From Squalus acanthias (Eukaryota), in the NCBI GenBank assembly GCA_030390025.1, contig CM059432.1:145330001-145394000 (forward strand): a DNA stretch of 64,000 nucleotides. Reading direction: 5' to 3'. Each line of letters begins with the position of its first letter. Positions within the stretch are counted from its first letter, which is position 1. The translations under genes and the position numbers were made by a program. Positions 37,969 through 51,518 of the stretch are shown here, piece by piece. Under the pieces are notes generated by a model that was not told the origin of the DNA, did not search any database, and saw only the letters and a program-made list of their open reading frames with translations.

Positions 37969-39532
37969 GTAAGTGATAGCTACCTATTGTCAGTTTTATT
38001 GTTAAGTCGATGATAACAGCACCTACACTGATCATGTTTCATTTTAAATGAACAGCTCCAAGCTTTACATAAAACTGCAGACTATATTAAAATATTGACA
38101 GAAGGTGGGGGTGCAGCGACAATCTGTTGCCTGATTGATTACAATGGTGTCCCAGACCGTTTTATAATCCCAGAAACTAAAGATTGAGGGCATTTTCACA
38201 AACTCTCAAGCACTTCTCTCATCCAACAGATAAATATCTTTCCATCCTCCAACCTCTTTTGCTACACTTTCACATTAATTTATTATAAGTTCATTAGCAT
38301 TGTACAGACTATAGCTTGGATTCTGTAACCTCGACAGGCAGTATCCTTTTCCATTGTCCTGTGAAATCTCTCCCTGAACACTGATGTTATTTGCTCCAAG
38401 TTGTTAATTGGCTGGCATGTTTAAAATTTACTGTCTTAGACTGGGTACCTCTCAAATACGCTTGGGTTCTCTCCAAGGATGTAATACATTTTTGTCTGAA
38501 GGAAGAAGGTCACCTTGTTAAATGCTTTCTCCCAATGACGGTGAGAAGCAATCTAAAATTGTAATATTGAACCTGAACTATTCTGTGGTGAGGGTTAGTA
38601 TGATGAGTTGAAAAAAGTGCACCTGCTATGTAATAATATCCTGGATTGCATTTTTTGGGTGTGGGGGGGGGGGGGGGGGCTCATTATCAAGATGAAAATA
38701 TCAACTTTTTCACATACGGCACTCAAGTGTCAGCATTAATGCTTCCAGTTACAACATGGGTTAAGTGCAAATCAGAGCTCCCTCTACTCTGTCCAATGTT
38801 GTACCTTAATCATAACATTAGAAAACATCCACCATTGCACCAGTGTGACACTTCGATTTCCCATACCATTTATCCTTATGCTTTTTCAAAGTGAGATTTT
38901 CAATTAGTTACAATTAGTGCCCAATTTGAGCTGAGTACTTTAACCCATAAAGGACTTGTTTGTCCAAATTCATTTCAAGTAGGATCCTTATAGGCAACAA
39001 GAAGAAGGAGAGAGAGATGGCTATCGCTATATCAGTCTGAGCTGGATTCAAACCTAGGTAAAAAGGAGATTGTTCTAACAGAGTCCATTAGTCCCCAGAC
39101 ACATGCATTTTAAAATAAAATACGTCAGTGGAAATAAAGCTCAACATAAGTAGCTTATTGTGAAATCAGAATGTAACAGTGATGTATTGAATTTATTTAG
39201 CATCATAATTAAAGCTAACTGTTGCAGTTTATTATTGTGACAACTATTGAAATATTATCAAAACACTTTGGGATACATTACCCATATTGAAGGTGTTGGC
39301 AGATTAAACAAATGTAAAAGGTAACTGATAAGTTTAGTATAAGGTTTTAACTGACACTCAATGATGCCGACTGCAGGCAACGGTGGGTGAAATACCTGCT
39401 CGAATATTAATTGTTAAGCATTCAGTCATATTCACTGAACAGAACTTATAGGTAGTTTAGTGACATGAACTCTTTTTTTGCCCTTGAGAGTCATCTTTGA
39501 GTTTTCACTGTGTCTCTTTATTGTTACTTCAG

Positions 39533-39731
39533 TTATCCGAGCCAAAGTAAAAGATGTGAGCAGAAGTGGCTGTAATGAAATCACCACAGTGGTGGAGGTG
39601 ATAGAGACACTCAAGTCATTGACACCTATCCTGCAGGCTCACATAACCCTCCTCACCAACTCTTCATGCTCATGTCCTCAGCTGCCACCCAACCAGGACT
39701 TGCTCATCATGTGCTATGTGCTGCGCTCACG
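39533..39731 (+). CDS. SFRP4: SFRP4 coding exon 4 (NTR domain)
   Basis: ttcAG|TT ... CG|GTAAGT; 199 nt; [50 protein letters not shown]. Confidence 0.94.
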
Positions 39732-41264
39732 GTAAGTGTCATTGCTCTTTGATCAAACTTCATATCCATGAACAGAAGGCTTCATAGCCAGGCCAGACTA
39801 ACAAGCACCTTTGGGACTGACACCAGATAGTCTTTATCAACAGGTGGTTTCATGATTCCACTACAAATCAGAGTCAGCTCCTAGGACTAAGATGTGGTCA
39901 TTATAAGTCCTGTAATCTCTGAAAATCCCTCTGATGTTTTTAGATTACAAATTCCATAGGTTTATATTATATCTGTAATGTAAATAGGAAAGTGGGGTTA
40001 AATGACAGCACCACAGGAATAGAGAGAGGAATAGGCACCTTTTGAGTTGTTGATGTTGCTCAGACACTTAATCATTACAGAACCCTTTCAAACTTTAGGT
40101 AGCACAGGACATCATCCCCCACAATCAAATTTTACGGACACCAAGAACTCAATGATCCATACTCTGGGGACAGCACTTTTAATTTAAATGACTCTTAAAT
40201 AAAGATTCTTCATTTTTAGAATTTACTAAATTTTCATTAATAAATTCAATCTGCAAGATTTAATCCAAAATCCTGTGTATTTTTTGAGTCTCATGTGAGC
40301 TGCTTTTTTGCCAGAGCTTTAAGAACATAATCACATAAACAAAAGGAGTGAACAGAAACACAACAAAAATATATGTGAAACTAAGACTGTCGGGGAACTA
40401 ATTTAAATCTAATTTGTTCCAAATAACCATTAAAATAATGAGAAATTGGGCCAAAATTGTTAAGAAAAAAATGGAATTCTGCCATGTGGTAGATTTGGAA
40501 CAAAAACACACTTATCAATACTGGCATATAATAGCTCTATTATATTTATCATGCCCATCAATATGGGGATTTAATAACATCTTGCTTATATCGGGAATCT
40601 GACCAGATGAAAGTGGATTTTATGTATTTAGCACATAATCAGAAACAGATTATTGAGGTTTTTTTTTACCATTGTTAACAACTAAATTTTTCATTACTTA
40701 AATTAAGACAAAATATAAAGCGATTCTTAAAATGTTGTACTTCCTCAAAGTAAATGCAGAAGTGCACTTTTTCCTGCAAGTCATGTAAGATGTAAATGGT
40801 AGTCATGAAAATAAGAAACAACTAGAAATTCAGTCATACCTGCCAATATATTATTCATCGTGGAATGATCATTCAAACCTCTTTGACGATAATTCAGCAC
40901 AATTATACTCTCACACTACTCTGGGACACACCACAAAATGAACCAACAAAAACATCTCGTATTTAGCCTTGATTCTTGCCCAAAAGCTCTGCTCATAAAT
41001 GGAACAATTATCATATAATCATTATATAATATACAATTGTTATATAATTATTAAATCATTATATAATCTTCAATACAAGAGTAAATGCAACATTAATTTT
41101 CTCAATGTCATTTGGATTTATTTTTTTATAGGCAAACATCATGGGAAATTTATTGAATCCTACATATCCAATGGTGTTTCCAGAGCCAATCTTGAGCCTT
41201 GTGAATTTTGCTTTAGCTCAAGGCTGTGAATTCTATGTTCTTTTTCCACTCATTCTCTACCTCA

Positions 41265-41450
41265 GAGGGCTGTGGATGCTCAGTATATTCAAGGCTGAGA
41301 TTGATAGATTTTTGGATACTAAGGGAATCAAGGGATATGGGGACCCGGGCGGGAAAGTGGAATTGAGGTTGAAGATCAGCCATGATCTTATTGAATGGCA
41401 GAGCAGGATCGAGGAGCCGTATGGCCGACTCCTGCTCCTATTTCTTATGT
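41265..41450 (+). mobile_element. CR1 3' end
   Basis: IFKAEIDRFLDTKGIKGYG; gatcagccatgatc..ctcctgctcctatttcttatgt tail; same family as the copies at 47841 and 58217. Confidence 0.85.
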
Positions 41451-42654
41451 TTTTTATTTATTTATTTGGACCAAATAAACATATACAGTCAACTGATTAT
41501 AGACATTTTTAAAATTAACTCTTTTACAGATTAAAAACTAAATGTGGATTATTTGGGCATTGAAGAACAGTCTATAACTCTTGAAATGCTTTCTGTAATA
41601 TTTTTCAATGCTCTACTGTATAAATGTCCACCCTATTCAATTTTAACATTTACTGATTGTTTACAAGAGCAATCGTCACTTTTTGGCAAGTTTATTTTTT
41701 AATTTTCCCTCATTACCCTCTTCTACATTTCCTCATTGCCACACACCATATCCAAAGCAAGCAGATGACTTGCTTCCAAGCCTCTGTCAGTACTGTTTGC
41801 TTTCTGGCTGTTACAAATATTAAAGAGTTAGCCAGTAACTCACCGTATGGTTTCCCCTTTCTTCTCTGGGGAAGTACCTAGTTTCCACTTATCATCTCTC
41901 CTCATGGCACAACTCAGTTCAAGAATCATAATGAGAAGAATTGTGCTACAAACTCACATTATTAACTGCATGTCATAGTTCTTTGCAACTGCACCATCTA
42001 ATGTCACACTGTAAAGTTCAACATTTCTTGAAAGACCCTCTAATTCTTCTTTAAAATTGTTTAATTAAGAATAAACAACAGAACACTGTCAATTCTTTGG
42101 TACACCTTTTAATTCCGGTTAAGTTTGTTGTTACTAACTGCTCTAGTCTGTTCCTTGCAACAGTCTACCTAGAAAACTAGCATTTCCACTTCAACTGAAA
42201 CTTCTGCACAACTCAGTATTGTAGATCAGGTGTTCAAATACATGTCTGAAAAATACAAATGATAGACTATGAAGTCATCTTTCATTTTTCTAAATAAATT
42301 AACATGCTTTGCTTTATTTTAAGTTCTCACATTCTCAAGCAGTTCTCTTTTGGTTTTAATCAATGCAGTCTGATTTCCTGGTTCCTAAATTACTACAATC
42401 TATTTTATAATGGTGGGGTGACGGTAAGTGCATTGAGAAATGTATATCAATTGCTGTGAAACAAATACAGAATTCCACCTTCCTACAAACAGATTAGCAA
42501 CTTTTATGTAAGCAAATTAAATAGTAGTCAAAAGATAGATACAGATGAGGCACAGTTCATTCATTCAGAATAAAAAAAACCTTATATTCCCCATCATGTC
42601 ATTGAACCTATAGCGGAAATTTGTACTGCAATCTGAAAAAGGCCATCCAGACCT

Positions 42655-42900
42655 TAGAGGGGTGTGGAGGAGAGCACTGAGGCTGATCCTTGGTGTTAGG
42701 GGGTGCGGAGAGCACTGAGGTTGATCCTTGGTGTTAGAGGGGTGCGGAGAGTGTTGAGGCTGATCCTTGGTCTTAGAGGGGTACAGAGAGTGTTGAGGCT
42801 GATCCTTGGTGTTAGAGGGGTGCGGAGAGCATTGAGGCTGATCCTTGGTCTTGGAGGAAGACGGAGAGTGTTGAGGCTGATCCTTGGTGTTAGAGGGGTG
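42655..42900. repeat. 39-bp minisatellite (about 6 units) inside a CR1 remnant
   Basis: Unit tagaggggtgcggagagtgttgaggctgatccttggtgt; followed by DKLDLFSLEKRYLTGDLIEAYK. Confidence 0.9.
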
Positions 42901-43529
42901 TGCTTTGAGGAATGATGAGATAAGTTAGATCTCTTCAGCCTTGAAAAGAGATATCTAACAGGGGACCTTATAGAGGCATATAAAGTACTCAATGCAAGAC
43001 GTGGTCAAACCTTGAAGAGTTGAGGCACTGAGAACTAGGTTGATTAAATCCTTGGAGTGGAGTTAGTTTTTTCTGAAGCTGGAATTGCTAATGCTTAGAA
43101 GTGGAATAGAGTGAAGATAGCCATAGGGTTGTGTTAATGAATAATGTAAAAATATGTTCTAGATTTCCATGTTTCCATACTAATGGAGTAGGCATTTCTG
43201 AATTCATGTGCGGTCTTTAAACCTTAGAGAAAACAGGGGGCAGCTTAGTGAGTTAGCTTACTTAATGACAGCAAATTAAAATTGGTGATATTTTAATTTT
43301 GGGGGCATTAATTTTTAGGAGCAGTTAAAAGCACATCTCAGTTGACTCAAGCTATTTACATATGAATTTTTGATTTTCCTTCAAAGTGTGCATTGACTCA
43401 CTGTGTCCAAATAGAGTTAGGTGAGAATAATTAAGCCAATAGGTTGCTGGGTTAAATTGCCAGAAGAGTTGAATTCAAATCCCCAGAAGTCATGGCAAAG
43501 CTGCAGAGAGCCCGGGTCAGGCTGGAGCG

Positions 43530-43950
43530 CTGGGCAGAGCGTTGCTGGACACAGAGCCCTTGCTGGACACAGAGCCCTGGTCAGAGCCCTCGCTGGGTAT
43601 AGAGACCTTGCTGGGCATGGAGCCCAGGTCAGAGCCCTTGCTGGACACAGAGCCCTGGTCAGAGCCCTTGCTGGACACAGAGCCCTGGTCAGAGCCCTTG
43701 CTGGACACAGAGCCCTGGTCAGAGCCCTTGCTGGACGCAGAGCCCTGGTCAGAGCCCTTGCTGGACACAGAGCCCTGGCCAGAGCCCTTGCTGGACACAG
43801 AGCCCTGGTCAGAGCCCTTGCTGGACGCAGAGCCCTGGTCAGAGCCCTTGCTGGACACAGAGCCCTGGCCAGAGCCCTTGCTGGACACAGAGCCCTGGCC
43901 AGAGCCCTCGCTGGACACAGAGATCTCGCTGGGCACAGAGCCCGGGTCAG
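43530..43950. repeat. 30-bp minisatellite (about 13 units; 18+12 bp subunits)
   Basis: Unit cagagcccttgctggaca-cagagccctggt. Confidence 0.95.
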
Positions 43951-46344
43951 TCTACAGCCGGAGCGCTGGGTAACATGACATGAAGTGGCCATCAGACCTT
44001 AAAGGGGGAGCAGAAGAGAGCAATGAGGCTGATCCTTGGTGTCCAGATGGGTGTAATTTGACACAACTAGTGAGAGGGGTTCCAGGCCAGGCAAGTGGCC
44101 TGGACTCTGGCAGATTGAAACAATTAAAAAAAAATCATGATTCACCCCCTTACAGTGAAGCCTAAGGGAAACATGACTGGGTTTTAGGGGGGCCTGGGCA
44201 TCCCCTCCCTAATAGCAGACAGACGCCTGACTTTCAGGCTGCATGGGGCAAACGGGTGCCAAAATTGTGCTCGTGGTGGTGTGTGTGCCCACCTGCGGCA
44301 TGCAAGTTCTCTCCCACTGACCCACAAACTCCAGCAGGGTCAGCAATGGAAGGCACTGCCCGTGCGATCCTGGCATAACTGCTGGGATTGCAACCCCAGA
44401 AATTCTGGGGTCACTTTGTGAACACATGTAAACAAAAGGAATGGTTGAATAATCCTGGAATATCTAATTTACAAATGCACTGACACCTCGTGCCGGCTTG
44501 AAAATGTAAGTGAAGCTGTGGATTCAGATCACAGTTTATGGTATAAAGTTTATGGTCTTAGGCTGGATATAAAGAGGCTGACAGTTTCATACTGTGTTTG
44601 CATTTTGATTAGCAGGGTTAATGATTCAATCGCTGTGGACACTGATCAACAACAGGGGTTCAGGTGAAGGCTATAAACTGCTTGACCTTCACTCTGATTG
44701 ATTATCATGCCATCTCATCCCCTCAATCAGACTGCTGCCCGATAATCACTCCCACCTCTTCAGTATGAATAATGACGTATGATCTGCAATTTTGGTGTAT
44801 GCAAAACAACTTGTAACCATTTTGTTTGCCAATGCAATCCTACTGGATATTGCAAGATTTTGTCAGATACATATTGGTCTTTCAAAGTCATAATTTTTAA
44901 AGACCTCTATTCAAAAATGGATATTTATGAAGATTACCATTGAAACTACTATTTTATCATAGTTTAGAAACAAGGGTTAGTCAAATCCACTTATATACAC
45001 ACAAATAAATTCTGAATGCAACAAATAATTACTAAATCTTCATTTGTTCCTGACTAAGATCATTACTCATAAGGTTTTTCTTGAATTTTTAAAATAAATT
45101 CTTTTCATATTTTTTCCAAAAATGGCAACATTTTTCCACAGAAATTCTGTGAATGACCATTTGTGAAAAATGTTTTTTTTTAAAAAACCCACACCATTAG
45201 AAACTTGGTGACTAATAACTTTAGTCAAAGTGGGAGCAAAGTTGGCTGTGGTACTGAGGAGTGGTCGTCCCGTGGAGACACACGCATGATGAGCCAGCGA
45301 CTTTAGTAGAGGAGAAAAGAAAACCCCTTCATCCTCAAAAACCTGTTCGTCTTTGTCACAATACAACTGATAATCTGTAGTTTAATATACATATATCCAG
45401 TTTAGATAGGCCAGTCAAAATAATGGGAGCGATGTTCACTGTCGCCTGCCCGATTTACACTGGAAAATGGGGTGAAGGGCGGTTGGAAATTGAAAAAAAT
45501 ATTGTCTGCACAACACTTTTTAGCCAAGCCTCGAAATGGATGTCTCACTCTCCCGCCAAAACTGACAGGAACCTTATTAAAATATTTAAATCAGCATTCT
45601 CTGCCAGTAGTACACCAATGCTATTTCCATGCACCAATTCGCTGAATGTGTGCCAAGCACACTTCGCTCATTGGTACCAGGTGCTGAGCAGCCTAACCAA
45701 CAGTCCTTACAGGGGCTGCTAGAAGCCGCACAGAAGCAGACCCGAAACATTGTGTACCATGATTTTTGTGGGTCCTCCTGGTCCCCCAAAAATCGTCAGG
45801 CCAGCTGCCAGCTACTCAGTGGTTCCCCCCTCCCCCCCCACCCCACCCGACTGCCTTCTGGCTCAGCTTCACAGAGCAGCCACCGGATTCTCCGTGCCCC
45901 CGCCCCAGCAGCAAGCTACTTGTCTGTATTTAGATGAGCTCCGATGATGAAAATGGTTCGGGCCTCTCACTGGAGCCATCGGGCAGGCACAGTGCATCCT
46001 CCACCCACCTCCCCTTCCCCACCGCCCACCGCCCACCACACCCCTCACCCACTGCATCCACTGCCCACCACCCTCACCCATTGCCCCTCCCCCACCCCCA
46101 CTGCTAACGAATCCAATACAATGCAAACAAACCATCCCAGTGCTGTTGCTAACAGGCACAGGATAAACTGTAGCCGAGATGCAATCCTGACACATGTAAC
46201 CCGGCACTGGTCTTCACTGTGACCCACACTAGAAGACTTGAAAGGGTAGAAGTTGCAATCAGCAAAGTTCAAGTATGAATGCTTAACAATCTCCTCCTAG
46301 ATTCCTAAATATGCAATGTTCTCTGCTTACACTGCCTGGCTGGA

Positions 46345-46860
46345 ACTATGGACGTTATCTATATGGACTTACAGAAGGCATTTGATAAGATTCTGCACAC
46401 GAGATTATTAGCAAAGATAAAAGCGCACAGAATTGGAGGCAGCCTTATGACGTGGGTTGGAAATTGGTTGGGAGGTAGGAGACTGAGATTAGGGATAAAG
46501 GGTACTTATTCTGATTGGCAGGATGTGGAATAGAGAGTTGTATATTCAAGTTTGTAGCTGACACTAAGTTGGGAGGCACAGTAAGTAATGCAGATGAAAG
46601 CAGGAAGTTACAAAACATCATAGATAGATTAAGTGCGTGGACAAAACTGTGGTAAATGGAGTGCAATGTGAGAAAGTGTGAAGTCATCCACTTTGGGGTG
46701 ATCTAATCACCAGTTTAAAGTGATCAAAGGAATTAATAAGGTAGATAAAGAGAAACTATTTCCTGTGGTGGGGGAAATCCAGAACAAAGGGGAGTAATCT
46801 TAAAATTAGAGCCAGGCCATTCAGGAGTGAAATCAGGAAGCACTTCTTCACACAAAGGAT
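46345..46860 (+). mobile_element. CR1 ORF2 remnant with internal deletions
   Basis: MDVIYMDLQKAFDKI, FKFVADTKLGG and IRKHFFTQR motifs. Confidence 0.8.
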
Positions 46861-46912
46861 ATATTAACAGTATACTTTTATTCATAATATATCTACACTA
46901 TACTATAATGAT

Positions 46913-47630
46913 GACCGGGAATTTGCGGATGTAATGACGGTGAAACTGTCAGCGTTCGCCATCATTACAACTGTGAAACTGACAGCAACTTCTGACGTCC
47001 GTACATGCGCAGTTAAACGTGGAAATCCAGAAGTTGCTGTCAGTCATACCCTGCTCCTCCACAGGGCGCGCTGTTGAAATCCCCGCATTGGGCAATCAAT
47101 TGAAATCACTGAACTGACAAGAACTTCAGCTTTTACGCTCTAATATCATTATTAACCCTCCCCCGAAAAGTTAATTCTTGTTCAATGAGGTGTAATTGAG
47201 TTATTAACAGCGTACTGACTCATAACTATTGCTGAACAACCTCGCTGGCCCTGAAAAACGAATTTTATATTTGTGGAATGTCAAATGTTTCCATTATGAA
47301 AAAAAATTCCATAGTTATTAATATAATAATTTTTTTAATAGTTTGTTTATGATATTTCAGCTTCTAGCTTAATCCCATGTGTATGTCCCAATCTTTATTT
47401 TGCTTTCTGTAAAATGATTTAAAAGTGAAGGATAATCAGTGCATTTTACTTCCTGGTTTGCTGTCTGTGAGATGTGATTGGCTGCTTAGCCAGTTTGATG
47501 ACATCACTGTTGCTGGACATTGGAGATCCCCTATAGGTGACGCCAGAATCAAAGTAATGTCAGGAGAGGTGTCAGGAGAGGTGAAATTCGACTGTGCTTC
47601 TGGTGAGCTTCCAGCAGATGGCACTTGTTA
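46913..47630. mobile_element. Probable non-autonomous DNA transposon remnant with an internal palindrome
   Basis: ctgacagcaacttctg..catgcgcag..cagaagttgctgtcag inverted repeat at about 46979-47043; architecture like the MITEs at 22375 and 30486; right end not identified. Confidence 0.45.
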
Positions 47631-47840
47631 GTTTGTTGTTGGATTTGGGAAAGGCATCTTGAGTGGGGTATTGATAATCATTACAAGAGTACAAAGGGTA
47701 CTTGTTTGCCTATCCCTTCTCCCAATCTAACAGCATACTGGAAGTATATATTATATATAAATAAACTGTACAATGGGAATTCATCTCTCCAGTGTGCGCT
47801 TTAAACTCTTACAGAAAGGACAGTTATAGAGCACTCTGTG

Positions 47841-48645
47841 TACATAAGAACATAAGTAGGCCATACGACCCCTTGAGCCTGCTCCGCCATTCAATAAGAT
47901 CATGGCTGATCATCGACCTCAACTCCACTTTCCCGCCCGATCTCCATATCCCTTGATTCCCCTAGAGTCCAAAAATCTATCTATCTCAGCCTTGAATATA
48001 CTCAAAGACTCAGCATTCACAGCCCCCTGGGGCAGGGAATTCCAAGGATTCACAACCCTCTGAGTGAAGAAATTCCTCCTCATCACAGTCTTAAATGGCC
48101 TACCCCTTATCCTGAGACTATGCCCCCTAGTTTTAGACACTCCAGCCAGGCGAAACAACCTCTCAGCATCTACCCTGTCAGTCCCCTTCAGAATCTTGTA
48201 TGTTTCAATGAAATCACCTCTCATTCTTCTAAACTCCAATGAGTATAGGCCCATTCTACACAATCTCTCATCATAGGACAGCCCTCTCATCCCAGGAATT
48301 AATCTAGTGAACCTTCGTTGCACCGCGTCCAAGGCAAGTATATCCTTCCTTAGATAAGGAGACCAAAACTGTGCACAGTACTCCAGGTGTGGTCTCACCA
48401 AGGCCCTGTACAATTGTAGCAAGACTTCCTTACTCTTACACTCCAACCCCCTTGCAATAAAGGCCAACATGCCATTTGCCTTCCTTATTGCTTGCTGTAC
48501 CTTTATGCTAGCTTTCTGTGTTTCTTGCACGAGGACACCCAAATCTCTCTGAACACCAACATTTGAAAGTTTCTTACCATTTAAAAAATATTCTGTTTTT
48601 CTATTCTTCCTACCAAAGGGAATAACCTCACATTTCCCTACATTA
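47841..48645 (-). mobile_element. CR1 LINE, 5'-truncated and young (open 246-aa ORF)
   Basis: QRDLGVLV, LYRALVRPHLEYCAQFWSP, QRRFTRLIPG, FFTQRVV; (ttcttatg)n tail. Confidence 0.93.
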
Positions 48646-49220
48646 TTGTAAAATGACATTACCTACCTGTTCATACATTAGTCCTGTGGCAGTTGTTTGT
48701 TCTGAGTGTATTAAACCAATTGCAAGATACTTGAAATCTATAGTAAATGTTACTTGAAACTTGATGACTCAAACTGTAAGATTATTTGTAGGTAGCTGTT
48801 AGGGAATGGATGATTTTACTTGTACGTTTATAAGTTATTCCACAGGATAATATGGTTCAAAGGCATTTATTGGCTTTTGTAGGAATTAAGCTTACAATGA
48901 CAACCATTATTAGTAATAATTACACATACTGAAGATTACACTTACAATAGTATGAATTAACGAAGAATTCACACGTTGCATTCTTGAGCGTCAATTGATT
49001 CGCTGGCTGAGCCTTGTAGAATTCGGAAGCATCGATTCTATCTCCCCTCGTTTTATACCTTTCTTTCACTCTAGCTGCCTGAGAATCCACATGTTTCAAA
49101 GTATTACCTCATCCAATTAGCTCGACTTCAGTATTGACAAGAATAACTCCCCATAACTTTACTCACTTCCTCATTTTCCAGATCTATGGCAGGTGCCTTT
49201 TCAAGGCTGGAGCTAACAGA

Positions 49221-49530
49221 GACAACACGGTGGTATAGTGGTTAGCACTGTTGCCTCACAGCGCCAGGGACCCGGATTCGAATCTGGCCTCGGGTGACTG
49301 TCTGTGTGGAGTTTGCACATTCTCCCCGTGTCTGCGTGGGTTTCCTCCGGGTGCTCCGGTTTCCTCCCACAGTCCAAAGATGTGTGGGTTAGGTTGATTT
49401 GGCTATGATAAATTGACCCTTAGTGTTAGGGGGATTAAATATGTGGGGTTACGGGGATAGGGTGGGCTATGTGTCGGTGCAGGCTCGATGGGCCAAAATG
49501 GCCTCTATCTGCACTGTGGGGATTCTGTGA
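49221..49530 (+). mobile_element. Full-length tRNA-derived V-SINE (HE1-like)
   Basis: A box TGGTATAGTGG, B box GGATTCGAATC, V-domain GTGGGTTTCCTCCGGGTGCTCCGGTTTCCTCCCAC, 3' hairpin gggccaaaatggcct; gagaca on both flanks. Confidence 0.85.
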
Positions 49531-49754
49531 GACAGTTTGGTGGCCTCTCCTTATCAGCTAAAATACTGTCTAACTGGAATCCCATTTACTAACTGAACAT
49601 TGCTAACAGAAACTCACTGAAAAGCTAAAGTTAATACAGAGAATTTAGCCGTTTCCTTAGGTAGCCATAATTTAAAAAAAATCTTGAATTAAAATCCAAC
49701 TGAATGAAACCATTTAATTATGAAACACCACTGGTTTATTTAAAGATATGAGCC

Positions 49755-51060
49755 CCTAAAATTTGTCGGCTGTGATCTCATCGGTTAAGCTGTTATCGTG
49801 CCTGCTGGTGCACTCCAGCATGGACCCTGCGGAGAATGCGGGGTCAGTGGACGGCACTTAATTTACATGGGCCTGGTGGTCACCTACGCCACTATAAGCG
49901 CATCTTGGGTGCTCACCTCCCTCATGCAGCCAGAAACCCCAGCGCCTAGCTGCCATCAGTGGGGTGCTCAGAACACCTCCCCCACCCCCACCCCACGCCT
50001 CTGTGTGTAAGGAGGCCAATACATAAAAGATTCATACCACCTTCAGAGGTCCAGTCTCTAACCTGTGTGGCCCACTTGCTCCCTTATGCCTGTATGCCTG
50101 ATCTCATTGGGTGACCTGTCCTCCAGATCCCTTACACCCGGGGAAACGGAAACTCCCAATGTAGCATGTCCCCACCTCAGCCTTGTTCTCTCCAGCACCA
50201 GCACAGATATTAACACCTGGGGCACGTAGTTAGGGCCTCCAGGTGAAGCAAAATTTACATATGAGAAGGAACAAGTGGAGGTGGCAGGAGGGGAAGAAGA
50301 AAGATCTGTGCAGGCTGCTAGCTGCGGCTTCATACTTACTGTATGGGCAAGGGAATGGTATCCCACTGAACATGAATTAAGATGGTGGGACATGCAAGAG
50401 CACAAGGCATTTATTACATCCTTTGTAGCCTGTAGCAGTTGTCTGGGAATATGAGCAGACCACCTTGGACATCACTGTAGTCCTGCTGGAGGGTTTTACG
50501 GAAATGCAGAGTACTGTAGAGTGAGTGGTATCTTCACAGCCATTTTCAGGCGGACCCCAAAGCAGTGAGGGACCAACCCAGAACAGTGTTCTCTCACAAA
50601 CACTGTGCCCAGCTCCATTCATACCTCAGACACTCAGGGACACAACTTTATCAGTATCTATTTTATCAGTATCACATTTGAAAGACTAGCAGATTGTTTG
50701 GATAGATCAATGATGGTAGAGACACCCTATGGCCTATTCTCATGCAAATTTCTGGGCCTCCAGCTGGGGTACCCTGCACCAGTGCCTTAGCGGCAGAATG
50801 ATCCAATGAGGTGGTTTCCTCTGAAAGTGGCTGCTTATCCTCCCACTCCAGCCAGGCCTCTCAAAGGGTGGGTGGGCAGGTGCTGACTGCCACTGCAGTG
50901 TGGCACAGGGATCCAGCTATTGTAGGAACATCTTGTGGCCCTGCACTCAGAGCTGTGAGCCCACAACCAACCCAACCACTCCTTGGCACCACAGTTGCTC
51001 CCCCTCCTTGGTGAGACTAAGGCACAGTCACATGTAAAAAAAAAAGTAGCATGAGCGGAC
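49755..51060 (+). mobile_element. Possible old Harbinger remnant (Myb-like gene region)
   Basis: agcaccagcacagatattaacacct.. and ccaggtgaagca..gagaaggaacaag resemble 55628-55730. Confidence 0.35.
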
Positions 51061-51454
51061 TATATCGAGTGTAGATCAATGATTTTCATAAAGGGCCAGA
51101 GGGAGTGGCATCGAAATTATAGGAGGCATAATAAATAATTCTAAGGGCCAAAAGAAATCATTTCTTATTATCATGAAGATGTTTGAGTCACTCTGCACTT
51201 CTCTTTTTCTCCTTTCTTGTTAATTTCCTCATCTCTGCTCCTCTCCTGAATCACTGGAAAATACCAAGTTCTGAGCGTAAATCAATAAGCTATCTAAATA
51301 TTTGGTGACATTTAAATTGCACATTGTCTAAAAACTATCCATTACTTTTGTGAATAATAAACCAGGCCCAGTCCTGTGAAACTCAAGAATATTTATTTTG
51401 GACCGTCTGTTTTGTAAAGTTCAGCCTGATGCCTTTCTTTCTGATTTTTCACAG

Positions 51455-51518
51455 ACTGATGCTCTTTAACGGCTGTTTAGCTGAAAAATGGAGAGATCAA
51501 TGGGTTAAACGGTTCAAG
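51455..51518 (+). CDS. SFRP4: SFRP4 coding exon 5
   Basis: tttttcacAG|A ... AAG|GTAAGG; 64 nt; phase fits exon 4; (R)LMLFNGCLAEKWRDQWVKRFK. No stop is reached, so exon 6 is expected downstream. Confidence 0.92.

Noticed and set aside
43417..43992. Repetitive 139-191 aa ORFs in four frames; CRISPR-like appearance
   Set aside because: A 30-bp tandem repeat without unique spacers, in a eukaryotic intron.
49221..49295. tRNA gene
   Set aside because: The A and B boxes continue into a V-domain and LINE-type tail, so this is a SINE head.
36141..51518. Alternative identity as FRZB/SFRP3 or a Frizzled receptor
   Set aside because: Residues [28 protein letters not shown] and YNHSWPES, plus adjacency to EPDR1, fit SFRP4; an NTR domain follows and there is no transmembrane region.
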